From IMG/VR virus record IMGVR_UViG_3300040971_000114, positions 1 through 39,392 of that record: DNA of 39,392 nt. One strand, 5' to 3'. The notes beneath the pieces are model-generated. The model was not told the DNA's origin. It searched no databases and saw only the letters and a list, made by a program, of their open reading frames with translations. How positions within the stretch are numbered: the stretch's first letter is position 1; every line of letters starts with the position of its first letter. The DNA is from a virus (Duplodnaviria; Caudoviricetes). The position numbers and the translations under genes are program-made. Of this stretch, positions 1-8,806 are shown in pieces.

Positions 1-127
1 CAAAGGACTTGAGCAAGTAATTTGAGTTACGTTTTTACCGGTCGGATCATTCGTTGAAACGATAGTCAAGTACTGGTTTGCTCCAGCGCCGTTGCCTACT
101 GCTCCAGCATAATGAATTGGTAATGCG
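1..127. repeat. Terminal direct repeat, copy 1 (assembly circularisation overlap)
   Basis: Bases 1-127 are identical to 39266-39392. 127 is a common assembler k-mer length, and the repeat lies inside the coat ORF. Confidence 0.95.
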
Positions 128-834
128 TTTGATTTGTAATAGGTAACTTCAGGTGTACCAAAGTTTCCAATTTCCCACGACTGAGCGGCTTTTTCGTTAC
201 GTTGTGGAACGAATTGACCTAAACCACTACCGATAACCGATGGAACAACTACGTTTGGCATGTAGAATTTCATATCATCGCCTGGGTTACCAAGCTCCAT
301 AAAGTTTTCAATACCTTGCGCTAGTTTCTGATAGCTATCAATTGCAGTTACGCCATCACCATAAAAGCGATACGGGCCGCTTTCAGTGTGTAAAGCACCA
401 GTTGGGATTGACTGCGACGGATTAAGCGGGTCTGGGATCATTACAGGTACAGAAGAATTAGCATTTAATGCTACGTTCTTTTCGATCGAGGCTCCCAAAG
501 ATTTAATGGCAGCTCTACCGATTTTTTCCATGTAGCCTTTCGAGTCCAGATTAAAAATCTGTTCAGGATTGGTGACTACCATAGAAGTATTGGCAGATTG
601 ATCAACGGTCAAAGTATGCACGCGCTGAGTGATTGCTTGATCTACTGCAACTAAACCAGAAGCGGTAGAGAAGCGATAGATTAATTCCAAATTAACAGAC
701 GAACCTAAGTTGGTTGTTACGGTTTGGAAATCTTTAAATTTAGTATTACACGTACTGACGAAGCAATTTAAATTCTCCATGTACGCAAGGGCAGACGGCT
801 GGTAAGTTTTTACCTGCTGTAAAAAGTTAGACAT
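1..834 (-). CDS. Major capsid protein, P22 gp5-like, N-terminal part (continues across the junction to 38756; about 447 aa in total)
   Basis: Not in the ORF track. ATG at 834 follows a GGAG RBS and reads MSNFLQQVKTYQPSALAYMENLNCFVSTCN... It is in frame with the 38756..39334 ORF and lies directly after the scaffold gene. Confidence 0.88.
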   Translation of the reverse strand, partial: MSNFLQQVKTYQPSALAYMENLNCFVSTCNTKFKDFQTVTTNLGSSVNLELIYRFSTASGLVAVDQAITQRVHTLTVDQSANTSMVVTNPEQIFNLDSKGYMEKIGRAAIKSLGASIEKNVALNANSSVPVMIPDPLNPSQSIPTGALHTESGPYRFYGDGVTAIDSYQKLAQGIENFMELGNPGDDMKFYMPNVVVPSVIGSGLGQFVPQRNEKAAQSWEIGNFGTPEVTYYKSNALPIHYAGAVGNGAGANQYLTIVSTNDPTGKNVTQITCSSPL

Positions 835-842
835 GTTTAAAC

Positions 843-870
843 TCCAAAGTTATTAAATTATTACTTTGGA
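843..870 (-). promoter_or_regulatory. Hairpin overlapping the coat gene Shine-Dalgarno
   Basis: TCCAAAGT-N12-ACTTTGGA; the 3' arm includes the GGA of the GGAG upstream of the coat ATG. Confidence 0.45.
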
Positions 871-890
871 TAACGGGACGGGATAATCTA

Positions 891-1682
891 CTAGCCCCTT
901 AGGTAGTCTTGCTTCCTAAGATCATCAATAGTCATCTTGCCGCTATCCATTCCGGCTGTAGATGGCTTTTCATGTTCGACTGGTTTATTAGCTTTGGGTT
1001 GAACCTTCGCAAGCTCGTTAGATTTGAGCTGACTAGAGATAATCTCTAGTTCTTTTCTGGCAGCAGCTCTAATTTTTTGGTGAAAAGGATAATCAGCCGC
1101 TATTTTAGCAAGATCAGGGATCGCCTCAGGATTTTTGCCCAAATAATAGAGCATATCAGCCGCATTATCAAACGAGTTATAAATTCCTGCGGTATCACTG
1201 GTAACTATGTTGTTCAAATGATCGGTTACCATTTCAAAATCTTGATATCTCTCTTTATTCGTTACTATCTTTTGGACTAAACCTTCCGACTCGACCCTCA
1301 AGCTCTCTTCAAAAGCAATTTGCTGCAATTGCGTTCTAAGCGCATCTAAAGATGGCCCAGATTGGGCACCTGCATCAAATCCTTGCTGTGGCCCTTGCTG
1401 CTGTTGAGGAGCATTGCCGACCATTCCGTACTGTTTAGAACGTTCATAGTCTGCTCTCGCTTTCTCTCTAGCCGATTCGGCCGCATGCGCCGCAATACGA
1501 TTAACCTCATCTCTGCTGTAAACTCTAGCTTGCCTTGTCTCTGGTTCGATAGCTTGCTGAGACTGAGCTTGTGGCTCAGATTCGCTTGCCGTAGGCGCAG
1601 ATTCATGAGCAACGTTAGTGTTTACTGGTTCGCTAACTTGTTCAGGAGCACTTTGCCCCGAGCTAATAACTTCATCTGTCAT
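891..1682 (-). CDS. Capsid scaffolding protein
   Basis: Acidic, Q-rich disordered N-terminus, helical middle with DMLYYLGKNPE, and position immediately upstream of the coat gene. Confidence 0.8.
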   Translation of the reverse strand: MTDEVISSGQSAPEQVSEPVNTNVAHESAPTASESEPQAQSQQAIEPETRQARVYSRDEVNRIAAHAAESAREKARADYERSKQYGMVGNAPQQQQGPQQGFDAGAQSGPSLDALRTQLQQIAFEESLRVESEGLVQKIVTNKERYQDFEMVTDHLNNIVTSDTAGIYNSFDNAADMLYYLGKNPEAIPDLAKIAADYPFHQKIRAAARKELEIISSQLKSNELAKVQPKANKPVEHEKPSTAGMDSGKMTIDDLRKQDYLRG

Positions 1683-1804
1683 TAAAACCTCTACTAAATG
1701 ATTGTTAACCCCATCACGGTAAAAATCACATTTCGGAATGTGGGCACCGTTATTTTAATCGCATAACTGCGTTAATTCTCGCTATTAGTCACGAGTCTAC
1801 TTTG

Positions 1805-1906
1805 TGTCCGGTAATAATTATTATCGGACATTTGTATTATTCCATGAAAAGATTTATTATGTCAAACAATACTTTATAAAATGTCCGATAATAATATTTA
1901 TCGGTC
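1805..1906. promoter_or_regulatory. Two related palindromic operator-like sites in the divergent scaffold/portal gap
   Basis: TGTCCGGTAATAATTATTATCGGACA (1805-1830) and TGTCCGATAATAATATTTATCGGTC (1882-1906). Confidence 0.6.
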
Positions 1907-1929
1907 TTATTTAACATGGGGACCCAATT

Positions 1930-4248
1930 ATGGCAGAAGTTGCTAAAAAATATCAAAAAGAGCTTGACAGAATAAAGAAAAACATTGAGCAAGCTAACAA
2001 ATACTATCAAGAAAACTATAAGAGATATTCGAGATGGAAAAAGTACATCTATAAAGACCAACTTAGCGCTGACTACCGTAACCAGCTAAGAAAGCTTGGT
2101 AAACCACAAATGCAATTTAACGTGTGCGAATCGTATATATCAAAGCTAGTTGGCGAGTTCTCTCGTAATGAAATATCAGTAAAAGTATTGAGCGATTACA
2201 ACTCTACTGTTCCGTCGCAACTTATCGAGTTAGTAGAGTCACATATTAGACACATTATCGACGAAGCACAAAAAAATGGTGTGCTATCGCAAGCATACGA
2301 AGGCATGCTGTCCGGCGGAATGGATGCTTTCAAATTGTCTACAGATTACTTGCATGAGAAGAGCTTTGAGCAAGGATTTAAGCTAAACACTGTGTTTTCA
2401 CCAACGCTTACTTTCTTCGATCCTCTCGCACGACAGCCACACAAGGGCGATGCTATGTACTGTGGTGAAATGTTCCCATGTCGCAAAGAAGATTTCGAAG
2501 CTGAATATCCAGACATAGATATTAGCAAGATAGAATTTACGAGAAAAGATAAGATCGAGGGCTTCAACTGGTCGTACGAAAATCAGAACGAGAAAACACT
2601 GTTAAAATGCGATTACTACGAGAAGAAAAAGAAGAAAGTAACGATCCTTAAGCTTGCCGATAGCCCAAGGTTAGGACGCGGAGCAGTAGTAACCCCTGAT
2701 GAATATGAAGAATTGAAAGCGAAATGGAAACAATTTAAATTTCCAGAACCAATTCCTGCAATCGCAGATGAGCGCGAAGCAGAAACAGAAGTAATATGCA
2801 GATATAAAATAATAGAAAACCAAGTTCTAAAATACGAAGAGTTAGATTATAAATACTTCCCGATCATATTTCTGAAAGGAAGCGGACAAATCATTCAGGA
2901 CGCTGAAGACGGAACAACAAAAGAAGTAATAAGGCCGTATTTATATAATGCCAAAAGCATGCAAGATCTGATGAACTTTGCAGGCAACACCATGGGTCAG
3001 GAGCTAGCAAACATCATCCAACATCAGTATCACATCTATGAAGAAGCGTTGCCCAGCTCTGACCTATACATTGACGCATATAAAAACCCGCAAAAAGGGA
3101 ATTTATTAGTGTCTAAAGCCTTTGCTGATAAAGACCAAAGCAAACCTTTGGCTCCGCCATCAGTGATACAGAGACAAGCAATACCCCCGCAGATAAACGA
3201 GACATTTTTAAGCGCACCACAGACGATACAATCGATTCTAGGAGCATATGATGCAGCAACCGTGCAAGGAGATAATCCAATCTTAAGTGGTAAAGCAATA
3301 GAGGCAGGAGCAGCGCAAAGCAACTCAGCAGCATTGCCGTTCATGGTTAACTTCATAACTTCATTCCAGCGCGTTATCGAGAACATATTAGACTTGATAC
3401 CAAAATACTACGTAACACCTAGAACCATCCCCGTGTTAGACAAAGAAGGTAAGCGTCACTACGTAGAAATCAATACTGAGCAAGGGATAAGCATGAACTA
3501 CGATCCGAACGTATTGCAGATACGTTTAGAGCTCGGTAGCTCATATGCATTGCAACAGAATCAAACTATCCAACAGCTAGCGATGTTGTGTCAAACAATC
3601 CCTGGTTTCTCCGACTTTATACATCAAGAAGGACTAGAGTTTGTGCTTAAGAATCTGCATATGAATGGCTCAGAAGCACTAATCGAAAAAGCAGCTGAGT
3701 ATAAGCAAAAAATTGCACAGCAGATGCAGCAGCAACAACAAATGCAACAGCAAGTAATGCAACAACAAGCTATGCAGCAGCAGATAGCAACGCAAAGTCT
3801 AATAGCTAAGACGCAAGGCGAGCAAAAGAAGATAGAGATAGATAGCAACTCACTACAGCTTGAAGCGCAAAAGCATAACGATGAAATGCTACTAGAAGCA
3901 GAGAAGCTGAACTTAGCAGAAGAAGAGCTAGACGTTAAGCGTATGCAAACTATAGCAGACTTAGAAAAAGCAGAGAAAGAAGCATTGATGCAAGCAGATA
4001 GACATCAAGCAGAGAAGATAAGAGCAGCTATAGATCTACTCATCGAGCAGATGAAGCTTGAGCATATGAAGAGCAAAGACATCAACGATGCGCATCACTC
4101 GATACACAGAGAAAGCCTAGCGCATGATCGTCATATGATGAGTATAGCTTCAGAACATGCAAGACTAGATAAACAGCATCAGCATGAGATGAATAGAGCT
4201 AATAGCGTAAGCAATAAAGAAAATGAAAATGAAGAGGAAGAGAAATAA
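1930..4248 (+). CDS. Portal protein, P22-like, with long Q-rich coiled coil and His-rich tail
   Basis: 772 aa with LRKLGKPQMQFN, FFDPLARQPHKGDA, YFPIIFL, SGKAIEA and LDLIPKYYVTPRTI motifs typical of P22-type portals. Confidence 0.9.
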   Translation: MAEVAKKYQKELDRIKKNIEQANKYYQENYKRYSRWKKYIYKDQLSADYRNQLRKLGKPQMQFNVCESYISKLVGEFSRNEISVKVLSDYNSTVPSQLIELVESHIRHIIDEAQKNGVLSQAYEGMLSGGMDAFKLSTDYLHEKSFEQGFKLNTVFSPTLTFFDPLARQPHKGDAMYCGEMFPCRKEDFEAEYPDIDISKIEFTRKDKIEGFNWSYENQNEKTLLKCDYYEKKKKKVTILKLADSPRLGRGAVVTPDEYEELKAKWKQFKFPEPIPAIADEREAETEVICRYKIIENQVLKYEELDYKYFPIIFLKGSGQIIQDAEDGTTKEVIRPYLYNAKSMQDLMNFAGNTMGQELANIIQHQYHIYEEALPSSDLYIDAYKNPQKGNLLVSKAFADKDQSKPLAPPSVIQRQAIPPQINETFLSAPQTIQSILGAYDAATVQGDNPILSGKAIEAGAAQSNSAALPFMVNFITSFQRVIENILDLIPKYYVTPRTIPVLDKEGKRHYVEINTEQGISMNYDPNVLQIRLELGSSYALQQNQTIQQLAMLCQTIPGFSDFIHQEGLEFVLKNLHMNGSEALIEKAAEYKQKIAQQMQQQQQMQQQVMQQQAMQQQIATQSLIAKTQGEQKKIEIDSNSLQLEAQKHNDEMLLEAEKLNLAEEELDVKRMQTIADLEKAEKEALMQADRHQAEKIRAAIDLLIEQMKLEHMKSKDINDAHHSIHRESLAHDRHMMSIASEHARLDKQHQHEMNRANSVSNKENENEEEEK

Positions 4249-4255
4249 AAAATAG

Positions 4256-4296
4256 TAAAAAAAAGCGCTCAGAAATGTTGACCAAAACTGAGCGCT
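4256..4296 (-). terminator. Intrinsic terminator-like hairpin oriented on the minus strand
   Basis: AGCGCTCAG-N15-CTGAGCGCT (4264-4296) followed by a T run on the minus strand only. Confidence 0.45.
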
Positions 4297-4366
4297 ACAA
4301 ACAGAGAAAATATGAAATACAATACAACTATAACAACACAATCATTTTAACTAACTTTGTTAAAAT

Positions 4367-5977
4367 ATGCAAGAAGAAACAAATAAAATGATAACAGAAC
4401 CACTGCACGAACTAAATATTCCCTCGCAAGATAGTGACGAGTTCTTCGAGTTTAAGACTGATGTTTTATCATCGCTGTTACGCTTTACTCAAGTGTTTTT
4501 TCAAGCTCGCACAGGAAGGCCTTTTGCTATTGATAGACCAGACGGCAGAGAAAGCCCGCAAATAACTATATGTAAAGCTTTAGTTGATTGCTTTAGACTT
4601 AATACAACGAAGCTGCTAATCAACATTCAGCCAGGATCGGGTAAATCAGAACTACTTAAACACTTTGTAGCTTGGAGCATGGCGCGCTATCCGGATAGTT
4701 GCTTTATCTACTGCTCATACTCTAAAGATCTTGCTACAGAGCACACATTCGGAATCAAGCAAATAATGGAATTGCCTTTATATAAAGCCGTTTGCGGAGT
4801 AAAGATTAGACACGACTCATCAGCCAAAGATCATTTCAGAACAGAACAAGGCGGAACTATATATGCCGCTGGAGCAGCAGGATCAATCACAGGGTTTAAC
4901 GCAGGTCTGCCACCTCTAGATGACCCTAGATTCACGGGTTGCTTGATCATGGATGACATGCACAAGCCGGACGAAGTACATAGCGACACAGCGCGCGATA
5001 CAGTTAAGAGGAACTACATCGAAACACTATCTAAACGCCCGCGTAGCGCTCAAGTTCCGCAAATATTTATCGGTCAGCGTCTACATGAAGATGATCTTCC
5101 GGGATGCCTTATAGAGCAGTACGACGGCTATGAATGGAAGAAAGTAATACTGCCAGCCATCGACCATAACAATAATGTGCTAATGCCTCGCATTAAGCCG
5201 CTAAAAGATTTATTAATTGAAAGAGAGAAAACACCTTATGCATTTGCATCACAATTTCAACAAAATCCTATTCCGTCAGGCGGCGCTATTTTTAAAGACG
5301 ATTATTTCATTGAAACTGAAAACGAGCCGGACATCTTTGCGACTTTTATTACTGCTGATACTGCGGAGACTGACAAGACCTACAACGATCCGACCGTGTT
5401 CAGTTTTTGGGGCATATATAATGTACTGCAAAACGGGGTTAAAACTGATCTGCTCGCGCTGCATTGGCTGGATTGTAGACAAGTGTGGGTCGAGCCGAAG
5501 GACTTAGAGCCTGAGTTTTACGACTTTTATACTGCGTGCATGCGACACAAAATCAAGCCGCTTGAGATAGCTATCGAGAAAAAAAGTACTGGCGTTACTC
5601 TAGCGAGCGTACTAAGCAAAGTGCAAGGACTGCATATCATAGACATCGAGCGCACTAGAGCAAGCGGTAACAAAGCTACACGCTATTTAGAGACACAGAA
5701 ATATGCAGCATCTAAGCTAATAACACTGCCACGCTATGGCAAGCATAATCAGATGATAAAAGATCACATGAGCAAGATTACAGCTAATGACTCGCATGCT
5801 CACGATGATATTTGCGACACATATTACGATGCTGTAAAACTAGCACTTATTGACAAAGTGATCAGCGGCATGCATATTAGCACAGCGTCTAAGAAAAACG
5901 CTGATGCTATCGCAGCGCGTTTGATGTCTACATATCAGACACTATCTTCTAACCCATTTTCTGACTCTTTTATGTAA
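4367..5977 (+). CDS. terL: Terminase large subunit
   Basis: Walker A-like INIQPGSGKS, Walker B LIMDDMHKP, GQRLHEDDL, FASQFQQNP, nuclease ADTA and HDDICD motifs. Confidence 0.93.
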   Translation: MQEETNKMITEPLHELNIPSQDSDEFFEFKTDVLSSLLRFTQVFFQARTGRPFAIDRPDGRESPQITICKALVDCFRLNTTKLLINIQPGSGKSELLKHFVAWSMARYPDSCFIYCSYSKDLATEHTFGIKQIMELPLYKAVCGVKIRHDSSAKDHFRTEQGGTIYAAGAAGSITGFNAGLPPLDDPRFTGCLIMDDMHKPDEVHSDTARDTVKRNYIETLSKRPRSAQVPQIFIGQRLHEDDLPGCLIEQYDGYEWKKVILPAIDHNNNVLMPRIKPLKDLLIEREKTPYAFASQFQQNPIPSGGAIFKDDYFIETENEPDIFATFITADTAETDKTYNDPTVFSFWGIYNVLQNGVKTDLLALHWLDCRQVWVEPKDLEPEFYDFYTACMRHKIKPLEIAIEKKSTGVTLASVLSKVQGLHIIDIERTRASGNKATRYLETQKYAASKLITLPRYGKHNQMIKDHMSKITANDSHAHDDICDTYYDAVKLALIDKVISGMHISTASKKNADAIAARLMSTYQTLSSNPFSDSFM

Positions 5978-6153
5978 AAAAATAGCACTCCTTCCCGCTC
6001 CTTAGCTATTCTCTATAAGCATCAAAAAACAGTTGACAACTCAAAAACATCTATAAACACAGCATAAAACTGCTATAAACACAGCATGTAATAACACTTA
6101 AAGCACACAAATAAAAACAATTAAAAATATTTAAAATAAATTGAAATAAAGTA

Positions 6154-6183
6154 TTGACAAAAGAAAAACTTTAGTGATATACT
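6154..6183 (+). promoter_or_regulatory. Sigma70-type early promoter P1
   Basis: TTGACA-18 bp-TATACT with TGn extension and an AT-rich upstream element. Confidence 0.75.
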
Positions 6184-6282
6184 GTGTACATGATGATAAC
6201 TGATAATCATCATACACTACTAAAAAGCATTATATATATAGAGCTTTTTAAAACATAAATTTTTGACAAACGGAGAACAAAA

Positions 6283-6462
6283 ATGACAACACAAAACACA
6301 AAAAAAACAAAATTTGCTTATCAAGTTAGATACGCATACGACTACGATTTAGCTAGACCAAAAGGCACGATATACAGCAAGCATCACACATACGATGCGG
6401 CTAGATCATCAGCGATCAAAAGTGGCTTTGATAGCTTTTTAGAGATCTACATCAACGACTAA
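6283..6462 (+). CDS. Small hypothetical protein (59 aa, MTTQNTKKTKFAYQVRY...)
   Basis: Translated by hand; GGAG RBS; first ORF after P1. Confidence 0.7.
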   Translation: MTTQNTKKTKFAYQVRYAYDYDLARPKGTIYSKHHTYDAARSSAIKSGFDSFLEIYIND

Positions 6463-6498
6463 TACAACACAATTTTTTTTGACGAAAGGAGAACAAAA

Positions 6499-6882
6499 AT
6501 GACAACTAACTTAAAAAGAAATAGAGAAAACATTCATTGTTTTGTAAATTTCAATACGGCACAGGAGATCGCGGAAAAAATAATAGAGTTAACAGTAAAT
6601 CATTTTCGCCGCGCTACTTACGATATAGTTCCGTTAACTTTTGTTGTAAGTGACAGCTTATCTATAGATGTAAAAAAACAACTCATCATTGCGGGAATAA
6701 TTTTTAACGACGGCTATGAAGATATCAAATTTAGCAAAGCGGCTTTTGACAGAAAACCGATCATCAATAGAAAATGCCTACAAAATGGTAGGGCGAGCGA
6801 ATCTCTTGACTCGATCTCTTTTGACTTAAAAATAATATCTAGTTCAACAGCTATAGTTAATAACATTATTGTTAAAAAATAG
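6499..6882 (+). CDS. Hypothetical protein
   Basis: 127 aa ORF with AAGGAG RBS. Confidence 0.7.
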   Translation: MTTNLKRNRENIHCFVNFNTAQEIAEKIIELTVNHFRRATYDIVPLTFVVSDSLSIDVKKQLIIAGIIFNDGYEDIKFSKAAFDRKPIINRKCLQNGRASESLDSISFDLKIISSSTAIVNNIIVKK

Positions 6883-6897
6883 ATAAGGAGAACAAAA

Positions 6898-7053
6898 ATG
6901 ACAATCATCGACGACGTACGCAAGCAATGCGAAGAGCTGACAGAAAAAGATATAGCAATGACTGAAGCATGCGACAAATCCATGCTTGAATTTCAGCGTA
7001 TAATACAAGAATTAAAAACAAAAAAGGAGGCACAAAATGACAACACTAACTAG
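6898..7053 (+). CDS. Small helical hypothetical protein (51 aa, MTIIDDVRKQCEEL...)
   Basis: Translated by hand; AAGGAG RBS. Confidence 0.65.
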   Translation: MTIIDDVRKQCEELTEKDIAMTEACDKSMLEFQRIIQELKTKKEAQNDNTN

Positions 7054-7168
7054 TTTGATCGCATCAATCCCGGCAACAAATTTTTGGTTTTACGTTTTCG
7101 CTGGGGTCATGATATCTTTTTTTGCGATAAATTTCGCAGTATATCTTTTCAAGAAAAAATTTAGCTAA
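7037..7168 (+). CDS. Small single-pass membrane protein (43 aa)
   Basis: MTTLTSLIASIPATNFWFYVFAGVMISFFAINFAVYLFKKKFS; AAGGAGG RBS. Confidence 0.65.
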   Translation: MTTLTSLIASIPATNFWFYVFAGVMISFFAINFAVYLFKKKFS

Positions 7169-7225
7169 CGCTAAGTAGACAAGTGCTAATCTAAGTAGAC
7201 GATAAAATTATTAAAAACAAAAAGC

Positions 7226-7483
7226 ATGTGGCATTTAACACAAAGAATTTCGCATTTAGTGCCAGGCTTTTCGACAGGGATATTTATAGTCATGCAAGAT
7301 AAATATGCTTCGAGCACAGGATGCGCATTTATTATCACGTCAGGAGCATACGATCTTTACAGCTACGACACTTATAAAAAACTATTAGATGCTGATGATC
7401 GTCTAAAGGAAAAATTTAAATATCTTGTATCAATACAGAAAAAATCGGAGAAAAAAAATGTCAAAACAAAAACTAAAATTTGA
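7226..7483 (+). CDS. Hypothetical protein
   Basis: 85 aa ORF packed within the plus-strand early cluster. Confidence 0.45.
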   Translation: MWHLTQRISHLVPGFSTGIFIVMQDKYASSTGCAFIITSGAYDLYSYDTYKKLLDADDRLKEKFKYLVSIQKKSEKKNVKTKTKI

Positions 7484-7742
7484 TCATTCAAAATCAACAA
7501 TTCCAGAAGCTTTTGAGTTGAATAAAAAAGAAGCGGCGGAAATTTGTAATTACATTGTTGTTCTTGCTCACAACGGAAAAAAAGAAACGGAAAATCTACA
7601 AGCAATCTATGAAAAATATAACTCAGCAGCAGAGGTTATTTTTTCTATTTACGCTTTTGCCAGATCATCTTTTCTGTCAGAACTAAATTCTAAGCTTCAT
7701 AATCTAGCAGATAATTTTTTATTGTCATTAGGTAGGGATTAA
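7458..7742 (+). CDS. Hypothetical protein (start revised to MSKQKL)
   Basis: GGAG RBS upstream of ATG 7458. Confidence 0.6.
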   Translation: MSKQKLKFDHSKSTIPEAFELNKKEAAEICNYIVVLAHNGKKETENLQAIYEKYNSAAEVIFSIYAFARSSFLSELNSKLHNLADNFLLSLGRD

Positions 7743-7744
7743 CA

Positions 7745-8005
7745 ATGCCAATCTTCAGCTTATACGACTCAACAAAAAGGCTTTTGCAGTCGTGCAAAAA
7801 ACAAACTTTAGCAGATGCCAAAGAGTATTTTTACAATAGATACGAGCCATACGAAGACTTCGAAATAATTGAGAAAGACGATCGATTAAAAGTAATTGCT
7901 CAACACAAGCTTGCGAAAAGAGAGCCGACGAAGCACAAAAAAGTAAAAAGTTTGTGGGGCAAGAAGAAAAAAGAACAGCAAACAAAAGAGGTGAAACATG
8001 ATTAA
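7745..8005 (+). CDS. Hypothetical basic protein
   Basis: 86 aa, abuts the upstream ORF. Confidence 0.6.
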   Translation: MPIFSLYDSTKRLLQSCKKQTLADAKEYFYNRYEPYEDFEIIEKDDRLKVIAQHKLAKREPTKHKKVKSLWGKKKKEQQTKEVKHD

Positions 8006-8043
8006 AAAAACAGAGTTTAAAATTGGTGATAAAGAGGTGGAAT

Positions 8044-8295
8044 ATGAAAAAAGCATTTTATGCTAATTGCTCTTACTATAAATCGGATATTTTTATGCAT
8101 AAAGTAAAAGTTTACAACACGAACATCGGGCCTGACATTAAAAAAATATTCAGGTTGGACTATCCAAAAGATGTAGAAACAAATGAATACATGCTGGTTC
8201 TTGAAGAGAATTTATTTGATACAAAATTAGAAGCCTTAAAATTTTTATCAAAAAAAATACTTAATAAAATTGAAATACTTGAATCAAGGTGTTAA
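8044..8295 (+). CDS. Hypothetical protein (start revised to MKKAFY)
   Basis: GAGGT RBS upstream of ATG 8044. Confidence 0.6.
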   Translation: MKKAFYANCSYYKSDIFMHKVKVYNTNIGPDIKKIFRLDYPKDVETNEYMLVLEENLFDTKLEALKFLSKKILNKIEILESRC

Positions 8296-8427
8296 ATAAC
8301 AATTCACCAAATGTTAAATAAGCAACAGCATTAATATATGCAAACTTATTATTTATCATACACTTAAGATGAGTTTTGTTAAACGTAAGATTTGTATTTG
8401 TTAATTAGCATTTAACAACAACAAAAT

Positions 8428-8456
8428 TTGACACATTTTATATAAAATGATATTAG
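8428..8456 (+). promoter_or_regulatory. Possible sigma70 promoter with palindromic spacer
   Basis: TTGACA, then perfect palindrome CATTTTATATAAAATG, then a weak TGaTATTAG. Confidence 0.35.
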
Positions 8457-8480
8457 ACAGTCTTTAAAAAAAGGTCTGTT

Positions 8481-8744
8481 ATGATATCAATATGCACATT
8501 AAAACTAGAGCTAACAAGCGATAAAAAAGAGCGTCTTTTTCCGCCCAGACCGCAACGTTCAGAAGCTACAAAACAAAACACATCTGCTGTACAAGATAAG
8601 ATTTCATACGTCAAAATTAAAAAAGCAGAGAGTGAGCGATACGCTTTTGAGCTGTGGAAGCGTCAGAATGCGGGAAAATACGAATCAAACAGTTCAGCAC
8701 CGCTCCCGCGAGAAATTGAAGAAATTTTCAAAAAGCTCTCATAA
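8481..8744 (+). CDS. Hypothetical protein
   Basis: 87 aa ORF with AAGG RBS. Confidence 0.55.
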   Translation: MISICTLKLELTSDKKERLFPPRPQRSEATKQNTSAVQDKISYVKIKKAESERYAFELWKRQNAGKYESNSSAPLPREIEEIFKKLS

Positions 8745-8806
8745 ATCTAAAAACCAGTAAACCATATCCCAAACCCATTCCTATAATGGCCGCCATTTCA
8801 TTTCTG

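Noticed and set aside
1-127. Biological terminal repeat of the virion DNA
   Set aside because: The length equals a common assembly k-mer and it falls mid-gene, so it is best explained as circularisation overlap.
1840-1867. dif-like site (TTATGTCAAAC resembles a XerD arm)
   Set aside because: The expected XerC arm position reads TTCCATGAAAA, which does not match.
3624-3848. Cys-rich minus-strand ORF
   Set aside because: It is the antisense shadow of the portal poly-Q codons.
6033-6060. Additional promoter at TTGACA 6033
   Set aside because: The nearest TATAAA is only about 13 bp away, which is the wrong spacing.
6190-6216. Fur box downstream of P1
   Set aside because: Only a partial match (one good TGATAAT half-site) in AT-rich DNA, and the P2 equivalent has different spacing. 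Kept only as an unspecified palindrome.
6262-7045. CRISPR or mini-CRISPR array
   Set aside because: The repeats are RBS-start blocks separated by whole ORFs of unequal length; no cas genes are present.
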